The notes under the pieces were generated by a model. That model had not been told where the DNA came from and searched no databases. It worked only from the letters and a program-made list of their open reading frames with translations. Shown in pieces: positions 13,205 through 26,629 of a stretch of DNA of 64,000 bases (position 1 is its first letter; each line of letters begins with the position of its first letter). The translations under genes and the position numbers were made by a program. This stretch comes from Octopus bimaculoides (taxonomy: Eukaryota): positions 59,544,865 to 59,608,864 of the forward strand of contig NC_068994.1 of assembly GCF_001194135.2 (NCBI RefSeq), in the 5' to 3' direction.

Positions 13205-14100
13205 TGTTGCACGGCCAAAATTTCGGAATGGCTGGATGGCTTTCTACTCCCCGTCGCAAAATGATTAAGTTTCTATATTCGGGATACCTTTGATTTTGTA
13301 TCTAAAATCAACAACTTTTTTAAGCACCGAGAACTGTTTTTTGGTAACCATGGATGTTTCTTCCTTATATCCCAATATTGACCACAATGAAGGGGTAGAA
13401 GCATGCATGGATGCCTTTGAAAAACGGTCAAACAAAAGTATTCCATCAAATTTACTCTGTAGATTATTGAGGTTTGTGTTAGAAAGTAACACAATGAAGA
13501 TTAGACAAAGATTTTACCACTAGACGAAGGGTTGCGCCATGGGTACCCCATCATGGCAGTTAATTTCGCTAACGTCTTCATGACGAAATTCGAGACACAG
13601 TTACTGAAGACATTCAAATCCCTTCATGGTCATGAACCAATACTCTGGTTATGGTTCATTGACGACGTATTTTTTGTCTGGGAAGGATCACAGGATAGTT
13701 TAATGGACCTCTTGCATTTCTGTGACTGTTATGCTAGAAACTATGGCTTTAAGTCCAACATAAAATTTACGTCTAGTTTTTCAAAAACTAGTGTTGAAGT
13801 TTTGGACACAAAAGTCAAGTTTTCTGGAGGCAGAATAGTGACAGAGTTATTTTGCAAGCCAACGTCATCCCACATTTATCTCCACCGCCGCTCCGATCAT
13901 CTACATCATCTTATTCGGTCAAATCCGAAATCCCAACTTTTGAGGATAAAACGGATTTGTACTGACATAGGGGATTACTGAAAACATGCAAATGCTTTTG
14001 TATGTCATTATGTCAAACGCGGATACAGTGAATGAATAAGATGACAGGAGAATATCATCAAATTTATGCAAAACTGTTTGATTAAATATTCTTCTTTCTC
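13205..14100 (+). mobile_element. Penelope-like element, reverse transcriptase + 71-bp 3' end
   Basis: TAKISEWLDGFLLPV...YIRDTFDF...LVTMDVSSLYPNIDH...GCAMGTP/MAVNFANVFM...WFIDDVFFVW...IKFT...VLDT...KPTSSHIYLH.SDH...KSQLLRIKRICT; one stop and frameshifts. Confidence 0.93.
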
Positions 14101-14277
14101 ACTACCGACAGCGACAAATGCAGAATGTGTGGTGAGAGGGGTGAAACGGTAAGGTACATCGTTAGCGAATGCACGAAATCGACACAACACGAATACAACA
14201 TGACACCATGACAATGTGGCAAGAATGATCTATTGGGAGCTCTGTGGAAATCGCGGCCTACAAAGAGCAAAGACGTG
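14101..14277 (+). mobile_element. R4/Dong-like CCHC zinc-knuckle fragment
   Basis: TDSDKCRMCGERGETVRYIVSECTK...HDNVARMIYWELC, the zinc knuckle that follows the RT in RLE-type elements. Confidence 0.75.
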
Positions 14278-14782
14278 ATGACTGGGGGGAGGCTATATCT
14301 TGGAAATCTGTCAACCCAGTGGTTTCCTTTCATGGCAGAATTAATAAAGACTATTTAAGCATTTTATCCGATGAAATTCATCCTACGGTTGTGGAACTGT
14401 TTCCGGAGGGAAACACAATCTTTCAAGATGACAATGCATCAATTCACACAGTTGTTACTGAATGGCACGAGGAAAAATTCTAGTGAAGTTAAACATCTTA
14501 TCTGGCCACCACAGTCCCCAGATCTCAATATTATTGAACATTTATGAAGCATTTTAGAAAAACAAGTAAAGCGTCGATATACTCCAGCATCATCACTACA
14601 AGAACTGGAGACTGTTTTAGCTGAAGAATGGACAAAAATTCCTTTGGAAACAATTCAAACTTTGTATGACTCCATACCTCGTAGAATTCAAGCTGTAATT
14701 ACTGCCAAAGGCGGTCCTACCTCATATTAAAATAAATTTCTTTGAAATTTTAAGGAGTTTCCATTATTTTGTCCACCCCCTG
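14275..14782 (+). mobile_element. Tc1-family DNA transposon, 3' half with right terminus
   Basis: WGAIS...FQDDNASIH...WPPQSPDLNIIEHL...IPRRIQAVITAKGGPTSY*; ends ccattattttgtccaccccctg|TA. Confidence 0.92.
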
Positions 14783-14895
14783 TATATATATATATATATA
14801 TATCAACAAGGAGGTCGGAATGAGGAAATTTAATTTCATAATTAACAATTGTTTCACTGTCATTTATACAAATTCAAAATTATTGTTACACACAC

Positions 14896-14943
<48 letters not shown>

Positions 14944-15180
14944 CCATATATGTATGTATGCATGCATGCATGTATGCATGCATGTATGTACGTATGTATG
15001 TCTGTATATATACGCACACATGCATACACAGACGCACACATAACTACACACATACACGTGCACATACGCACGTACACACACATACAAAAGACATTCCAAG
15101 AGGAAAAGAAATTTTTACATTCGATTAATTGAATGAACTCGTTGGAATAGAATGCGTGCAACTTAACGAGAACAGGATGA

Positions 15181-15272
<92 letters not shown>

Positions 15273-15426
15273 ATGCTGCTGCTGCTGTAGGAACAAAAAC
15301 AGAGCAATCATCAGTGACATTGAGAGCACCACAACAATGATTTGCATTAAGGAAGAGCTAATTGATTAACACTAAGCATGCAATTAACACACACACAAAG
15401 GTGTGTGTGTGTGTATACATGTTTAG

Positions 15427-15493
<67 letters not shown>

Positions 15494-17149
15494 NNNNNNN
15501 NNNNNNNNNNNNNNNNNNNNNNNNNNNNNNNNNNNNNNNNNNNNNNNNNNNNNNNNNNNNNNNNNNNNNNNNNNNNNNNNNNNNNNNNNNNNNNNNNNNN
15601 NNNNNNNNNNNNNNNNNNNNNNNNNNNNNNNNNNNNNNNNNNNNNNNNNNNNNNNNNNNNNNNNNNNNNNNNNNNNNNNNNNNNNNNNNNNNNNNNNNNN
15701 NNNNNNNNNNNNNNNNNNNNNNNNNNNNNNNNNNNNNNNNNNNNNNNNNNNNNNNNNNNNNNNNNNNNNNNNNNNNNNNNNNNNNNNNNNNNNNNNNNNN
15801 NNNNNNNNNNNNNNNAAAGAAAAGAGGAAAGAAAAAAGGTTGGTGGGGAAAGATGAGAGAGATAAAAAGAGACAAAAGAAACGAATTGAAAGGATAGACG
15901 GCAGAAATATTGATCAGAGAGAAGGAACTGTCTGCCTGTCTGTCTGATTGCCTGTCTGCCAGTCTGCCTGCCTATCCGTCTGCCTGTCTGCCTGCCTATC
16001 CGTCTGCCTGTCTGCCTGTCCTATACTTGACCTTTAAAGGCCTTTTTATTGTTTCATTGAATGTGTGTTCTAGAAACCTGTGCAATCGATCAAAGGTAAA
16101 TAGTCGCGCGCATACACACACACGCACACAAGTATACAGACACGCACGATAGAGGCTTCCACACAGTTTCCGTCCATCATATTCACTCACAACGCATTGG
16201 TTATCTCGGGGCCATAGTAGAAACCTGAACCGAAACCATGCGCTTGCGAAGCGTATGTGCGACTTAACATATTTTGTCGATATCTGTCAGTTCTTAAACT
16301 GGATAAAGTTTTGAAATAAAATGTTTCAATGAGTTTCTTTATTTTTGCCGAAACTAAAAATGTAAAAATAGATTTTACATTTTCCATGAATGAAAAAAGA
16401 ATAAAAAGCAAAGTTGGGAATGCTGCAAACTTTTGTATCGACTTCAAAAGATCACTCGACATTTCCAAAATCCTCACCAAAGATTTTAAAGCTCCTTTTG
16501 ATGTGACGCGAGATGATGCTCTTGATTGCTTGTTCCTCAATTTACTGCTGAATGATATTTTGATACCAAAGCATGTGTTTTTATTGGCAAAATGACCCTT
16601 CCAAGGTACGACACAATCTATTTCAAAATACGAGTTCTCACCAAGAAACAAATAGATACAAAATTCCATAATTTATCTATTTTCGGATTTTGCAAGATAT
16701 GAACGAATTCTTTTCCCATCAGATTTACCCAAGAACTGTTTCCATGCTTGACTTAGGAGGGATAATCATTTGACAAATCGACAGGGAAACTGTCACATCT
16801 TCAGACTCTCATTTATTAACCAAGAATTTCGGGCCTTGTGCCTAGAGTAGAAAAGAATGTTATACATTTCATGCAGTTTTATATAATACACGCCATAAGA
16901 TATGGAAATATGTCATAGTCCCATGGTGCGATGACTTCGCCGTGATTTGAAGGCACCGTCGAGTAAATGAATGTTTTGCGATGAGTTTGTTTGGGTGTGA
17001 CACAATATATAAATAGACCAAACACTTAGATATCTCCTGCAGACAAGATTCGGGGTAAGATGTGCTAAGGAGTCGATTCCCAGGATTATAGTTATCTCCT
17101 CAATATGTGTGTGTGTGTGTGTATAGTGTGTGTAAATATGAATATATGC

Positions 17150-17187
<38 letters not shown>

Positions 17188-18609
17188 NNNNNNNNNNNNN
17201 NNNNNNNNNNNNNNNNNNNNNNNNNNNNNNNNNNNNNNNNNNNNNNNNNNNNNNNNNNNNNNNNNNNNNNNNNNNNNNNNNNNNNNNNNNNNNNNNNNNN
17301 NNNNNNNNNNNNNNNNNNNNNNNNNNNNNNNNNNNNNNNNNNNNNNNNNNNNNNNNNNNNNNNNNNNNNNNNNNNNNNNNNNNNNNNNNNNNNNNNNNNN
17401 NNNNNNNNNNNNNNNNNNNNNNNNNNNNNNNNNNNNNNNNNNNNNNNNNNNNNNNNNNNNNNNNNNNNNNNNNNNNNNNNNNNNNNNNNNNNNNNNNNNN
17501 NNNNNNNNNNNNNNNNNNNNNNNNNNNNNNNNNNNNNNNNNNNNNNNNNNNNNNNNNNNNNNNNNNNNNNNNNNNNNNNNNNNNNNNNNNNNNNNNNNNN
17601 NNNNNNNNNNNNNNNNNNNNNNNNNNNNNNNNNNNNNNNNNNNNNNNNNNNNNNNNNNNNNNNNNNNNNNNNNNNNNNNNNNNNNNNNNNNNNNNNNNNN
17701 NNNNNNNNNNNNNNNNNNNNNNNNNNNNNNNNNNNNNNNNNNNNNNNNNNNNNNNNNNNNNNNNNNNNNNNNNNNNNNNNNNNNNNNNNNNNNNNNNNNN
17801 NNNNNNNNNNNNNNNNNNNNNNNNNNNNNNNNNNNNNNNNNNNNNNNNNNNNNNNNNNNNNNNNNNNNNNNNNNNNNNNNNNNNNNNNNNNNNNNNNNNN
17901 NNNNNNNNNNNNNNNNNNNNNNNNNNNNNNNNNNNNNNNNNNNNNNAGTTTTCGATTTTATTTCTCTCTAACTGGTCCCCCAATCGTAACCAGCTTCTGT
18001 TTGCTGAGAACGTTACCGTTGTACCTCATAATATAGGGGTTTCTAATTCAGGTTCAAGGCTAAGAATTGCCACAAGGAGGGAGTTTTCTCGTCTCCATCG
18101 CCATCAGTCCTTCACAGGTTCTAAATTTTATCGACCTCGAAAAAAATAAAAAGTTAAGATGACTTTGGCGGGATTTGAACACAAAGCAGATAGAGTGTGG
18201 AGAAAGATATATCAGAAAGCAACCCTGGCCCCCCTTCTGCCAGCCCGCTGCCGATGCAGTTTGGAGAACAGTTGTGCCTTTTGAAGTTTAGGCACGAGTC
18301 ATTATTCCTCCTCGACTGATTCAATGGCCCAAGTACATTACTGGTACAAATTAATGCTGATATAATTCAAGAGAAAGTAGACTACGGAGGAATTAAAGCC
18401 AAAGTCGCCTCTGGCGGAATTCTATTCCAAGTCGTTTATTGAGATACAGCTAACATCAAATTCCAATTTGCATTTGGAATTCATGTTCTACAAAAGATAA
18501 ATGATAAAAGGTTTATTACAGGGTCGTAGCTTTTAGCAGGTGATAATATTTTATGTCCAAAAAGATGGAATGGAAACTCTTCGAGAAAACCAAATGTAGA
18601 ACAATAGGT

Positions 18610-18871
18610 GCAGGCGTGGGGGTGTGATAAGAAGCTTGCTTCCTAACCACATGGTTCTGTGTTCAATCCTACTGCGTGACACTTTGAGAAAGTGTCTTCT
18701 ACTATAGCTTTGGGACGACCAAAGCCTTGTGAATGGATTTGGTTGACGGAAACTAAAAGAAGCCCGTCGTATATATGTATGTATATATATATCCCATGTG
18801 GGATATATATGGAAAGAAGTGTAAGAAAAAGAACTGATAAAAAATTTTTTCGTACTAAAATGAAGAGCGGT

Positions 18872-18909
<38 letters not shown>

Positions 18910-19112
18910 GTCACTGCTTGACATCCGGCATTGGTATGTTTATGTCCCTGTAATTTAGCGGTTCTGCTAAAGAGACAGCTAGAATAAGTACCAGTTAAAA
19001 AAAAAAAAAAGAACAAATAACGGCGTGGTGTCATTCGACTAAAAAATTCTTCAAGGCGGTGCCCCAGCATGGCTGCAGTCTAATGACTGGAGACAAGTAA
19101 AAGATGAAAGAT
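18610..19112 (+). mobile_element. tRNA-derived SINE family A copy
   Basis: Same head (accacatggttc...aagtgtcttctactatagc...gacggaaact.aaagaagcccgtcg) and tail (cagcatggctgcagtc.aatgactg..acaagtaaaaga) as 55435-55848. Confidence 0.8.
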
Positions 19113-19254
19113 ACCACTGACAAGTCTTTCGACCCCCGCCCCCCACCCAAAGAATCAAGCTGAAGAGTTTTGTTATGGGCGAGTTTTGTGAAAGTTCAAC
19201 ATTTTAATGGTTGCATCGCCAAATGTACTGTTATATTCAGTGAGACTACTGACG

Positions 19255-19365
19255 TTAACCATGGATAAGGACCATGAATAGGTGGATAGGGGCCATGAAC
19301 AGGTTGATAGGGGCTATGGATAGGTGGATAGGGGTCATGGTTAGGTGGATAGGGACCATGAATAG
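19255..19365. repeat. ~21-bp degenerate minisatellite (ggataggggccatgaataggt), ~5 units
   Basis: Directly visible periodicity; translates to PIHGPYP-like repeats on the minus strand. Confidence 0.85.
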
Positions 19366-20418
19366 AGAAGTGGTGGCGTGCATTGCGGCAAACAATGTCT
19401 CCCGCTGAGTTATGTAACCGGAAGGAGAGTAGGAGGAGGAGAAGTGAAAGAATAGGAAGAAGAGAAAGAAGAGGAAGAAAAGAAAGAGGACAAATAGTTG
19501 TGGAAGAAGGAGACGAAGAAAAAGAAGAGAGGGGGATGGAGAAGGAGGTGGGGTGAAAGCTGACAAGAAGAAAAGAAAGAAAATAGAAAGAAGAAAAGGA
19601 AAAAAAGGGATGGAAGTCGAAGAAAATCAAGTAATTCATTTCTTACCGTCTCTTTTGGGTGTCACAGTGTTGTGTCACACTCTTGTAGGTTCCACAGTGC
19701 CGTAGGTGCCAGGGGATTGATCAAGCGATGGGTTGATATTCCTGGCAGAAGTTACCAAAGTTGGAATCAATGCTTGGTTTTCATTTGAAGCTCTGGTTTT
19801 CCTGCAACCAATTTCAGTGAATCAGTGCAAAGTGTAAATAGATGTGTATGTGCGTGCATGTATGTGTGTGTGTGTGTGTTGCTAATCAACATCCCTCCCT
19901 TTAAATGTGGTTTAGTTTTACAGTAGGAATAATAACAGGACATAACAACAGATGTCTTTCGAGTAAGGACGAATAAAATGAAGCTGGCGTATATGGAAAT
20001 AAGGCCTTACAACCGGGATACAAGATTTCACAGGCACAGGGAGGAATAACGATGTTACACACACAACGGCCGCCCAAGATTAAAACAAAATATCATTTTA
20101 CACGAGAATTCGCTAATAGACAAATGTTGAAAAAAAAAACAAAAAAAAAACGGTGATTTTAACTCACAGCATTCAACTATTAAACAGTCATAATTCGAAT
20201 GAACAAATTAAATTGAATATTAAGTATTTATGGAAATTTGATTCACTGAGGGATGACTTTTGGCCAGCCCTGTAAATATNNNNNNNNNNNNNNNNNNNNN
20301 NNNNNNNNNNNNNNNNNNNNNNNNNNNNNNNNNNNNNNNNNNNNNNNNNNNNNNNNNNNNNNNNNNNNNNNNNNNNNNNNNNNNNNNNNNNNNNNNNNNN
20401 NNNNNNNNATATATATAA

Positions 20419-20470
<52 letters not shown>

Positions 20471-20866
20471 GCAGATACATAGATACATATATTTGCTTGA
20501 ATTGCTTGACTTGTCGACACGAGACTTGTTCGATATGACATTGTCTTTCAGGAGATAAAGGGCAAATTGTAAAGTTATAAAGTTTATGCTTTTAGTGGGA
20601 TGTTAAAAATGTGAATGAAAGGAAATACAAGTAGGAATCGAACCCCAAATATTTCTCTTTACTTCTATTCTGCAGTCCTCTCAACGCACATAAATAAACT
20701 GTCGTATTTATGGAGCCCCATAAATATTAATACGCATTTGCATATGGAAAATACACACATACACATATACGATTATACAGATGCATACATACATACACAG
20801 ATAACAACACATATACAGTGACATGTACATACACACATATACTTAGATTCACAGATATGCTGTTAA

Positions 20867-20929
<63 letters not shown>

Positions 20930-21754
20930 NNNNNNNNNNNNNNNNNNNNNNNNNNNNNNNNNNNNNNNNNNNNNNNNNNNNNNNNNNNNNNNNNNNNNNN
21001 NNNNNNNNNNNNNNNNNNNNNNNNNNNNNNNNNNNNNNNNNNNNNNNNNNNNNNNNNNNNNNNNNNNNNNNNNNNNNNNNNNNNNNNNNNNNNNNNNNNN
21101 NNNNNNNNNNNNNNNNNNNNNNNNNNNNNNNNNNNNNNNNNNNNNNNNNNNNNNNNNNNNNNNNNNNNNNNNNNNNNNNNNNNNNNNNNNNNNNNNNNNN
21201 NNNNNNNNNNNNNNNNNNNNNNNNNNNNNNNNNNNNNNNNNNNNNNNNNNNNNNNNNNNNNNNNNNNNNNNNNNNNNNNNNNNNNNNNNNNNNNNNNNNN
21301 NNNNNNNNNNNNNNNNNNNNNNNNNNNNNNNNNNNNNNNNNNNNNNNNNNNNNNNNNNNNNNNNNNNNNNNNNNNNNNNNNNNNNNNNNNNNNNNNNNNN
21401 NNNNNNNNNNNNNNNNNNNNNNNNNNNNNNNNNNNNNNNNNNNNNNNNNNNNNNNNNNNNNNNNNNNNNNNNNNNNNNNNNNNNNNNNNNNNNNNNNNNN
21501 NNNNNNNNNNNNNNNNNNNNNNNNNNNNNNNNNNNNNNNNNNNNNNNNNNNNNNNNNNNNNNNNNNNNNNNNNNNNNNNNNNNNNNNNNNNNNNNNNNNN
21601 NNNNNTTACTTTCGTTTCATTCATTTCTGTCGTCTGCTTTCTTTTTTTTATCTGATTTCTTTGATTTATTCATGTATTTCTTTATTTGTTTATCTATTTA
21701 TTACTATTACAGGGTTTTATAAAAAACGGAATCATCATCATCATCAACATTTTC

Positions 21755-21817
<63 letters not shown>

Positions 21818-21828
21818 TTATCACACAA

Positions 21829-21866
<38 letters not shown>

Positions 21867-22683
21867 CGCGCAAAAAGACGTCGTCATCGTTGCTATTGGT
21901 AACCGCTCCTTCAATGAACCCAAAAGCCTGCTTCATAAGCGCCACCTATCAACCAAATACACAGCACGTGACATGATTATAGAACGTTCTTCTTGAATTT
22001 TTGCAGCTCGTTTGTGTCCCCTTTCCTCGTCTTCATCTTTCATATTGTTGCTGTTGTTACTGCTGTCTTTGGTGTCGTCCTTTACCACCACTACGACTCT
22101 CCCCCCTCCCCATTACCTCATCAATTATTTTTTCTTGCCTCCTACTACAATATTGCTCTTATTCTTACTTCAATACCACTTCTTCCGCCTACTTCTTCCA
22201 TTTCCCCTTCTCCTACATCTCCCTCCCTCCCCGTCCCTCGCTCTCCCTGTCTTTCTCTCTGTCTATTTCTTGCTAATTATTCTTGCTAATTATAAATTCA
22301 GTCGATCAGACACAAAACTGTGGGACAACAATTAACAAAGGTTTTTTTTATTTACATTCTCCATTGATCGATAAATCACCGTAGCAGCGAGGGCTACAGT
22401 GATCATTATAAACGGTTCATAGGATGTGAGGCTTCGAGCTCAACATCAATGTAGTAATACACAGAGATGACAACGCAAACGCAAATGTTATAATAAATAA
22501 ATATAAAAGAATGTTGCTACAATGAAGACATATCTGTATCATTGTCTGTCACAGGGTTGTGTATTAGCAGCTCCTCTCTTTCATCATCAGGTTGCATTGG
22601 ATCATCAGAACTATAATTCGACATGGAATTGGTGTTAGGTACAGAAATGATAGTAAATTGTTTAATATTTCAGATTGCAAGAA

Positions 22684-22899
22684 GGCGGCGGCGAGCTGGC
22701 AGAATCGTTAGCACGTCGGGCAAAATGCTTAGCGGCATTTCGTTCGTTCTTACGTTCTGAGTTCAAATTTCGCCCAGATCCACTTTGCCTTTCATCCTTT
22801 CGGAATCGATAAAATAAGTACCAGTTACGCACTGGGGTTGATATAATCGACTTAGCCCCTTCCCCGAAATTCCTGGCCTTGTACCAAAATTTGAAACCA
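22684..22899 (+). mobile_element. tRNA-derived SINE family B
   Basis: ggcggcgagctggcagaatcgttagc...gagttcaaatt (box B)...ctttcatcctttcgg..tcgataaaataagtaccagtt...ggccttgtaccaaaatttgaaacc. Copies at ~11502-11705 (-), 53395-53600 (+), 53612-53770 (+), 60195-60408 (-), and partial copies at ~18060-18250 and 31440-31485. Confidence 0.85.
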
Positions 22900-22906
22900 A
22901 TATTTC

Positions 22907-23029
22907 AGATTGGAAACAAAAACCAAAATTAAGCAACTAATTTTCGGTGCACTGCTGTTTACAGATGACTGTGAATTGCTTGTGCTGGATGAGTCAAGTA
23001 TCCAAGAATGTGTTGATCAATTCTCAAAG
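22907..23029 (+). mobile_element. RTE-clade LINE RT fragment
   Basis: RLETKTKIKQLIFGALLFTDDCELLVLDESSIQECVDQFSK matches RTE RL.AKTKV....IRELLFADDCAL; runs into an N gap. Confidence 0.75.
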
Positions 23030-23399
23030 NNNNNNNNNNNNNNNNNNNNNNNNNNNNNNNNNNNNNNNNNNNNNNNNNNNNNNNNNNNNNNNNNNNNNNN
23101 NNNNTAGACTTCAATTGTTTTCTGTGGCTGCAATGTTTTCTTTCATGTTTCTTAATGAATTTTGACCTGACTGTAAGATAGTTCAAGATCGAACTCATCC
23201 TGCTGCTTATATTGAGGCAATACATTGATTTCAACGAAAGTGGAATATGCTGTTTCTTTGAGGCATCTCTAAATTCTTCAACGTTCTTCTCTAATATTTA
23301 TACTTGACAAGGATGCATCTAATTCGTCTGAGAACTCATGTTTCATATCCAAAACTTCGTGCGACTTGATGGTTATACATCTTGGAGATTATTTTGATA

Positions 23400-24020
23400 A
23401 TGTTTTTCCACAAATTCTAAAAGATTCGCAACAAGCAACAAAAAGTTATTCGACATCCACGTGACATGGGATGGATAGATAAAAATATATCTTTTAACAG
23501 ATTTTCTGGTAACTATTTAATGAAGTTCCAAGGTTGTCTTTAGCAATTATTGGAACCGGAACCTAACCAACACCAAACAGCAGCACTTTGTCATTACGAT
23601 GAACTTTTGAGATTGCAGAACATAAACTGTCTCAGACCTCGTCTTTGTCATGTTCATTGTAAGGTATTCTTAGAATACAGAAGAATTTTTTTAAGCGATG
23701 AGTAACCACCATCTTCCCCCTCTCCTTCAGATCTAATGTCATAATGGGGGTCACTTTGATGTTGGGGAAAGGATAACTATGGATAGAAACCCTATATCAC
23801 GTGACCCAGTTTTATTTTCTTCGTTTCCATTAAATATGGTAACATCCTTCCAGTCGACCCCCAGAAATACAAGTTTCACTAACAACATCAACGTTGTATT
23901 TGTTTAAGACCTATGTGACAACAGTCGTTTGTTTCTCAACTCAAGAACCGCCACCAGAATAATTCGAACATTCCAGAATCCAACTCCTCATTTAGTGGGA
24001 AAGATGATTTTAAACCTTGA
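23400..24020 (-). mobile_element. RTE-clade LINE APE endonuclease, strongly decayed
   Basis: GFWNVRII...VLNKYNVDVVSETCISGGRLEG.YHI...DKDEV*DSLCSAISKVHRNDKVLLFG; many stops and frameshifts. Confidence 0.6.
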
Positions 24021-24529
24021 ATTCGATCGCTCTAACAGCGTCAGTGTAGTAAGAGGCTGGTTCAGCACAATTATTCTGACCACAAGACGTACATGAAAAT
24101 TTTCGACAGATACTGTTTACTAAGTTTTTTTAAATTAAAAGAAGTAGCATGAACCTGTGTTTATGTAAGTTTTACGTTAGGATCCTTTTAGGGATCCCAA
24201 AGGTAAAGAACAGTGGAGAAAACCTTTGGTGGTCGATGCCTTATGAAGCCTTGACCTTCAATGGGAACAAAGGGCTTGAATCGGTTAAATAAGCATAACC
24301 CATTTACCTTTTGTTTTATATTTCCACCACAAAGATCCTAATGGAGCAGTGTTTCCAACATGGGACCCTAACCCCAAATGGAATACGATTTGCTCTACAA
24401 ACTTGCTCGGTCTTTACACACCCCAGACGTTTCAAATCTTAATTCAGTCTGAACTGAAGACATTTCTCGACTTGATTTACAACACTAAACTTCTGTTAGA
24501 CAAACACAACAGCAAGAATTAATTTACTT

Positions 24530-25260
24530 CTCTAAATCAGTGTGAAATCTGGGAAATTAACAATTGTTAATTAGTTTCTGTATAAGTTTTAGGCCTGAAG
24601 ATCTGCATGTTTCGTTTATGTAATTCCTTAACCAGACCAACATATTCCCATTTGTATTGTTAGAGATAGCTAATGCGTTATCCCTGTACAAATATTATTT
24701 CATTTAAGATATCTAATCTATATAATCGTCTGGGATCATAGTTGTCCGTGCTATCAAACGCCCCCATGTTTACATTAAGCGAACCATCTAGGTCAGATCT
24801 CTTGACTCAGGTCTTCTTAGCATGCATTTCAATTATTATGTTACAGTCGTTTATTGTGCTATAAAAGTTTGCAAAATCTAGTGTCTCGTTGCAAAATCCA
24901 GTCCTCATCTAATAACTCTTTCGAGAGATTAATGGATACGACTCTACAACGTCAAACTTTGGTAAATCTGGCATTGACTTTATAAGTATTTTATCGAAAC
25001 AAGTTATAACTGCACTAATATAGCTCAATTGGGCAAGACTGGTGGCTATTCTTATTTTATTAATCTTCCTTAGAATATTTTTGTTAATAAAACAGACGCC
25101 AGACTTAACCAGGTTTATTAACCTACATTTAGTGCTAGATGCAAAGTTATTCGCATGATACTCAATCGTAATAAAAGTTTTCTCACACTCGGCTAATATT
25201 TCTATCTTGTCATAAATATTTATCCGTATTGCCATGTCCTTTCTTCTATTTGTTTAGACC
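24530..25260 (-). mobile_element. Penelope-like (Neptune-type) RT fragment
   Basis: IYDKIEILAECEKTFITIEYH.NF...CRLIN...KFDVVESYPLIS...LNVNMGAFDS...LYRDNALAI (cf. FDIVEFYPSIS, FDVTMGSFDG, LYRDDGL). Confidence 0.75.
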
Positions 25261-26229
25261 TCTGGATTGGCTTTCATACAGATTTTTGCGCTATCACCGA
25301 TCTGCTGTATGCTTGAATTATTTTGTACCTCGTAAATATTTTTAGTTTTCTCTGAGAACAAATACATACACTCTCACCCCACACTCACACACCAGGGAAA
25401 CCGCACGAATGGTAGTGCTTTTGCTTGTAATTAATAAAGGGATTAAATTCTACAGTTTACTAAACTAAATTGCGGAATAAGATGTAAATGAAACCTGTCA
25501 TTATTGACAAAAGTATTTGAAGAAACTGAAAACTGTAAAAGCGATGCGGGAGATGATTGTTTACGGGTAAATGTGAAAGACGACGCTGTTTGTGATTATA
25601 GAAGACCAGTTTGTAACAGCAGGAGTTAAAACAGTGGATTTTAGTTGAAGACTTTACTCTCCATCGAGTTTGTTCCTATAATTATTTAGTGTTTTATTGG
25701 TTCCAGGTATTGGACAGCGGTCATGCTGGAGCAGCGCTTTGGAGGATCAGTCGAGCAAATCGGTCGCAGTACTTATTTTTTTGAAGCCTGACACTTATTC
25801 TACCGATCTCGTTTGTGGAACTATTTAAGTTACGGGGACGTAAACAAAACAACAGTCAAACAGTGTGGAACAAATCCAGATACTCACACATATATGGTGG
25901 GATTCCATACATTTTCTCGTGTACCAAATTTACTCACAAGACATTGGTCGGCCCGGGACGATAGAAGACACTTGCGCAATGTGCAGCACAGTGGGACTGA
26001 ACTCAAAGCCTTGTGGTTGCGAAACGAATTTCTTAACCACAGAGCTAAGCTTGCACCTCCATCTATATTGAAAAATCTCAATTAGAAAATTTAGATTCAC
26101 ATTAATATGTTGCAACAAAATACAATAAAAATCTGATCATCTTCTTTGTCTGAATCCTCGATAAACCTAGAATTAGAGAAATTTTTGTTTCGGAGAAGTG
26201 TCGTATGAAAGTTCAATGAAGGATGTTGT

Positions 26230-26520
26230 TCTGTTGCTGTGGACACATCTCTTCCTTAATTTTTCCCCCTTACTGACCTTCGCTGCAAAAATGAGTCTTT
26301 CGACTTCCTGCTCAGTACACGTGAACTGAGAACAATGCAGTCTCCTCCAACGGTGACGTCGTCCGCATATGCAAATGCCGGATGTTCCGCATCCCAATTC
26401 TCGCAGGATGTCTCGCGACGTCTCCAACTTCTGTAGATGCAACTCTAGGTCAGTTCGTAAAGAATTGAAGAGAGGGACATGGGTGTGGCTTCGATGAGGC
26501 CGTCTTGGTTCGGTCAGAAT
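26230..26520 (-). mobile_element. L1/Tx1-clade LINE RT fragment
   Basis: LELHLQKLETSRDILRELGCGTS/AFAYADDVTV: YADD motif; frameshifted. Confidence 0.6.
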
Positions 26521-26629
26521 GGGTGCAGCTGTGTTTTTATAGTCTTTCTTTTTATTTGCTTCACTGTCCCTCCTCGCAAAATGATATTTCCATGTCGGGA
26601 AAGATTTGATGTGAGAGAGATGGAGGTAA

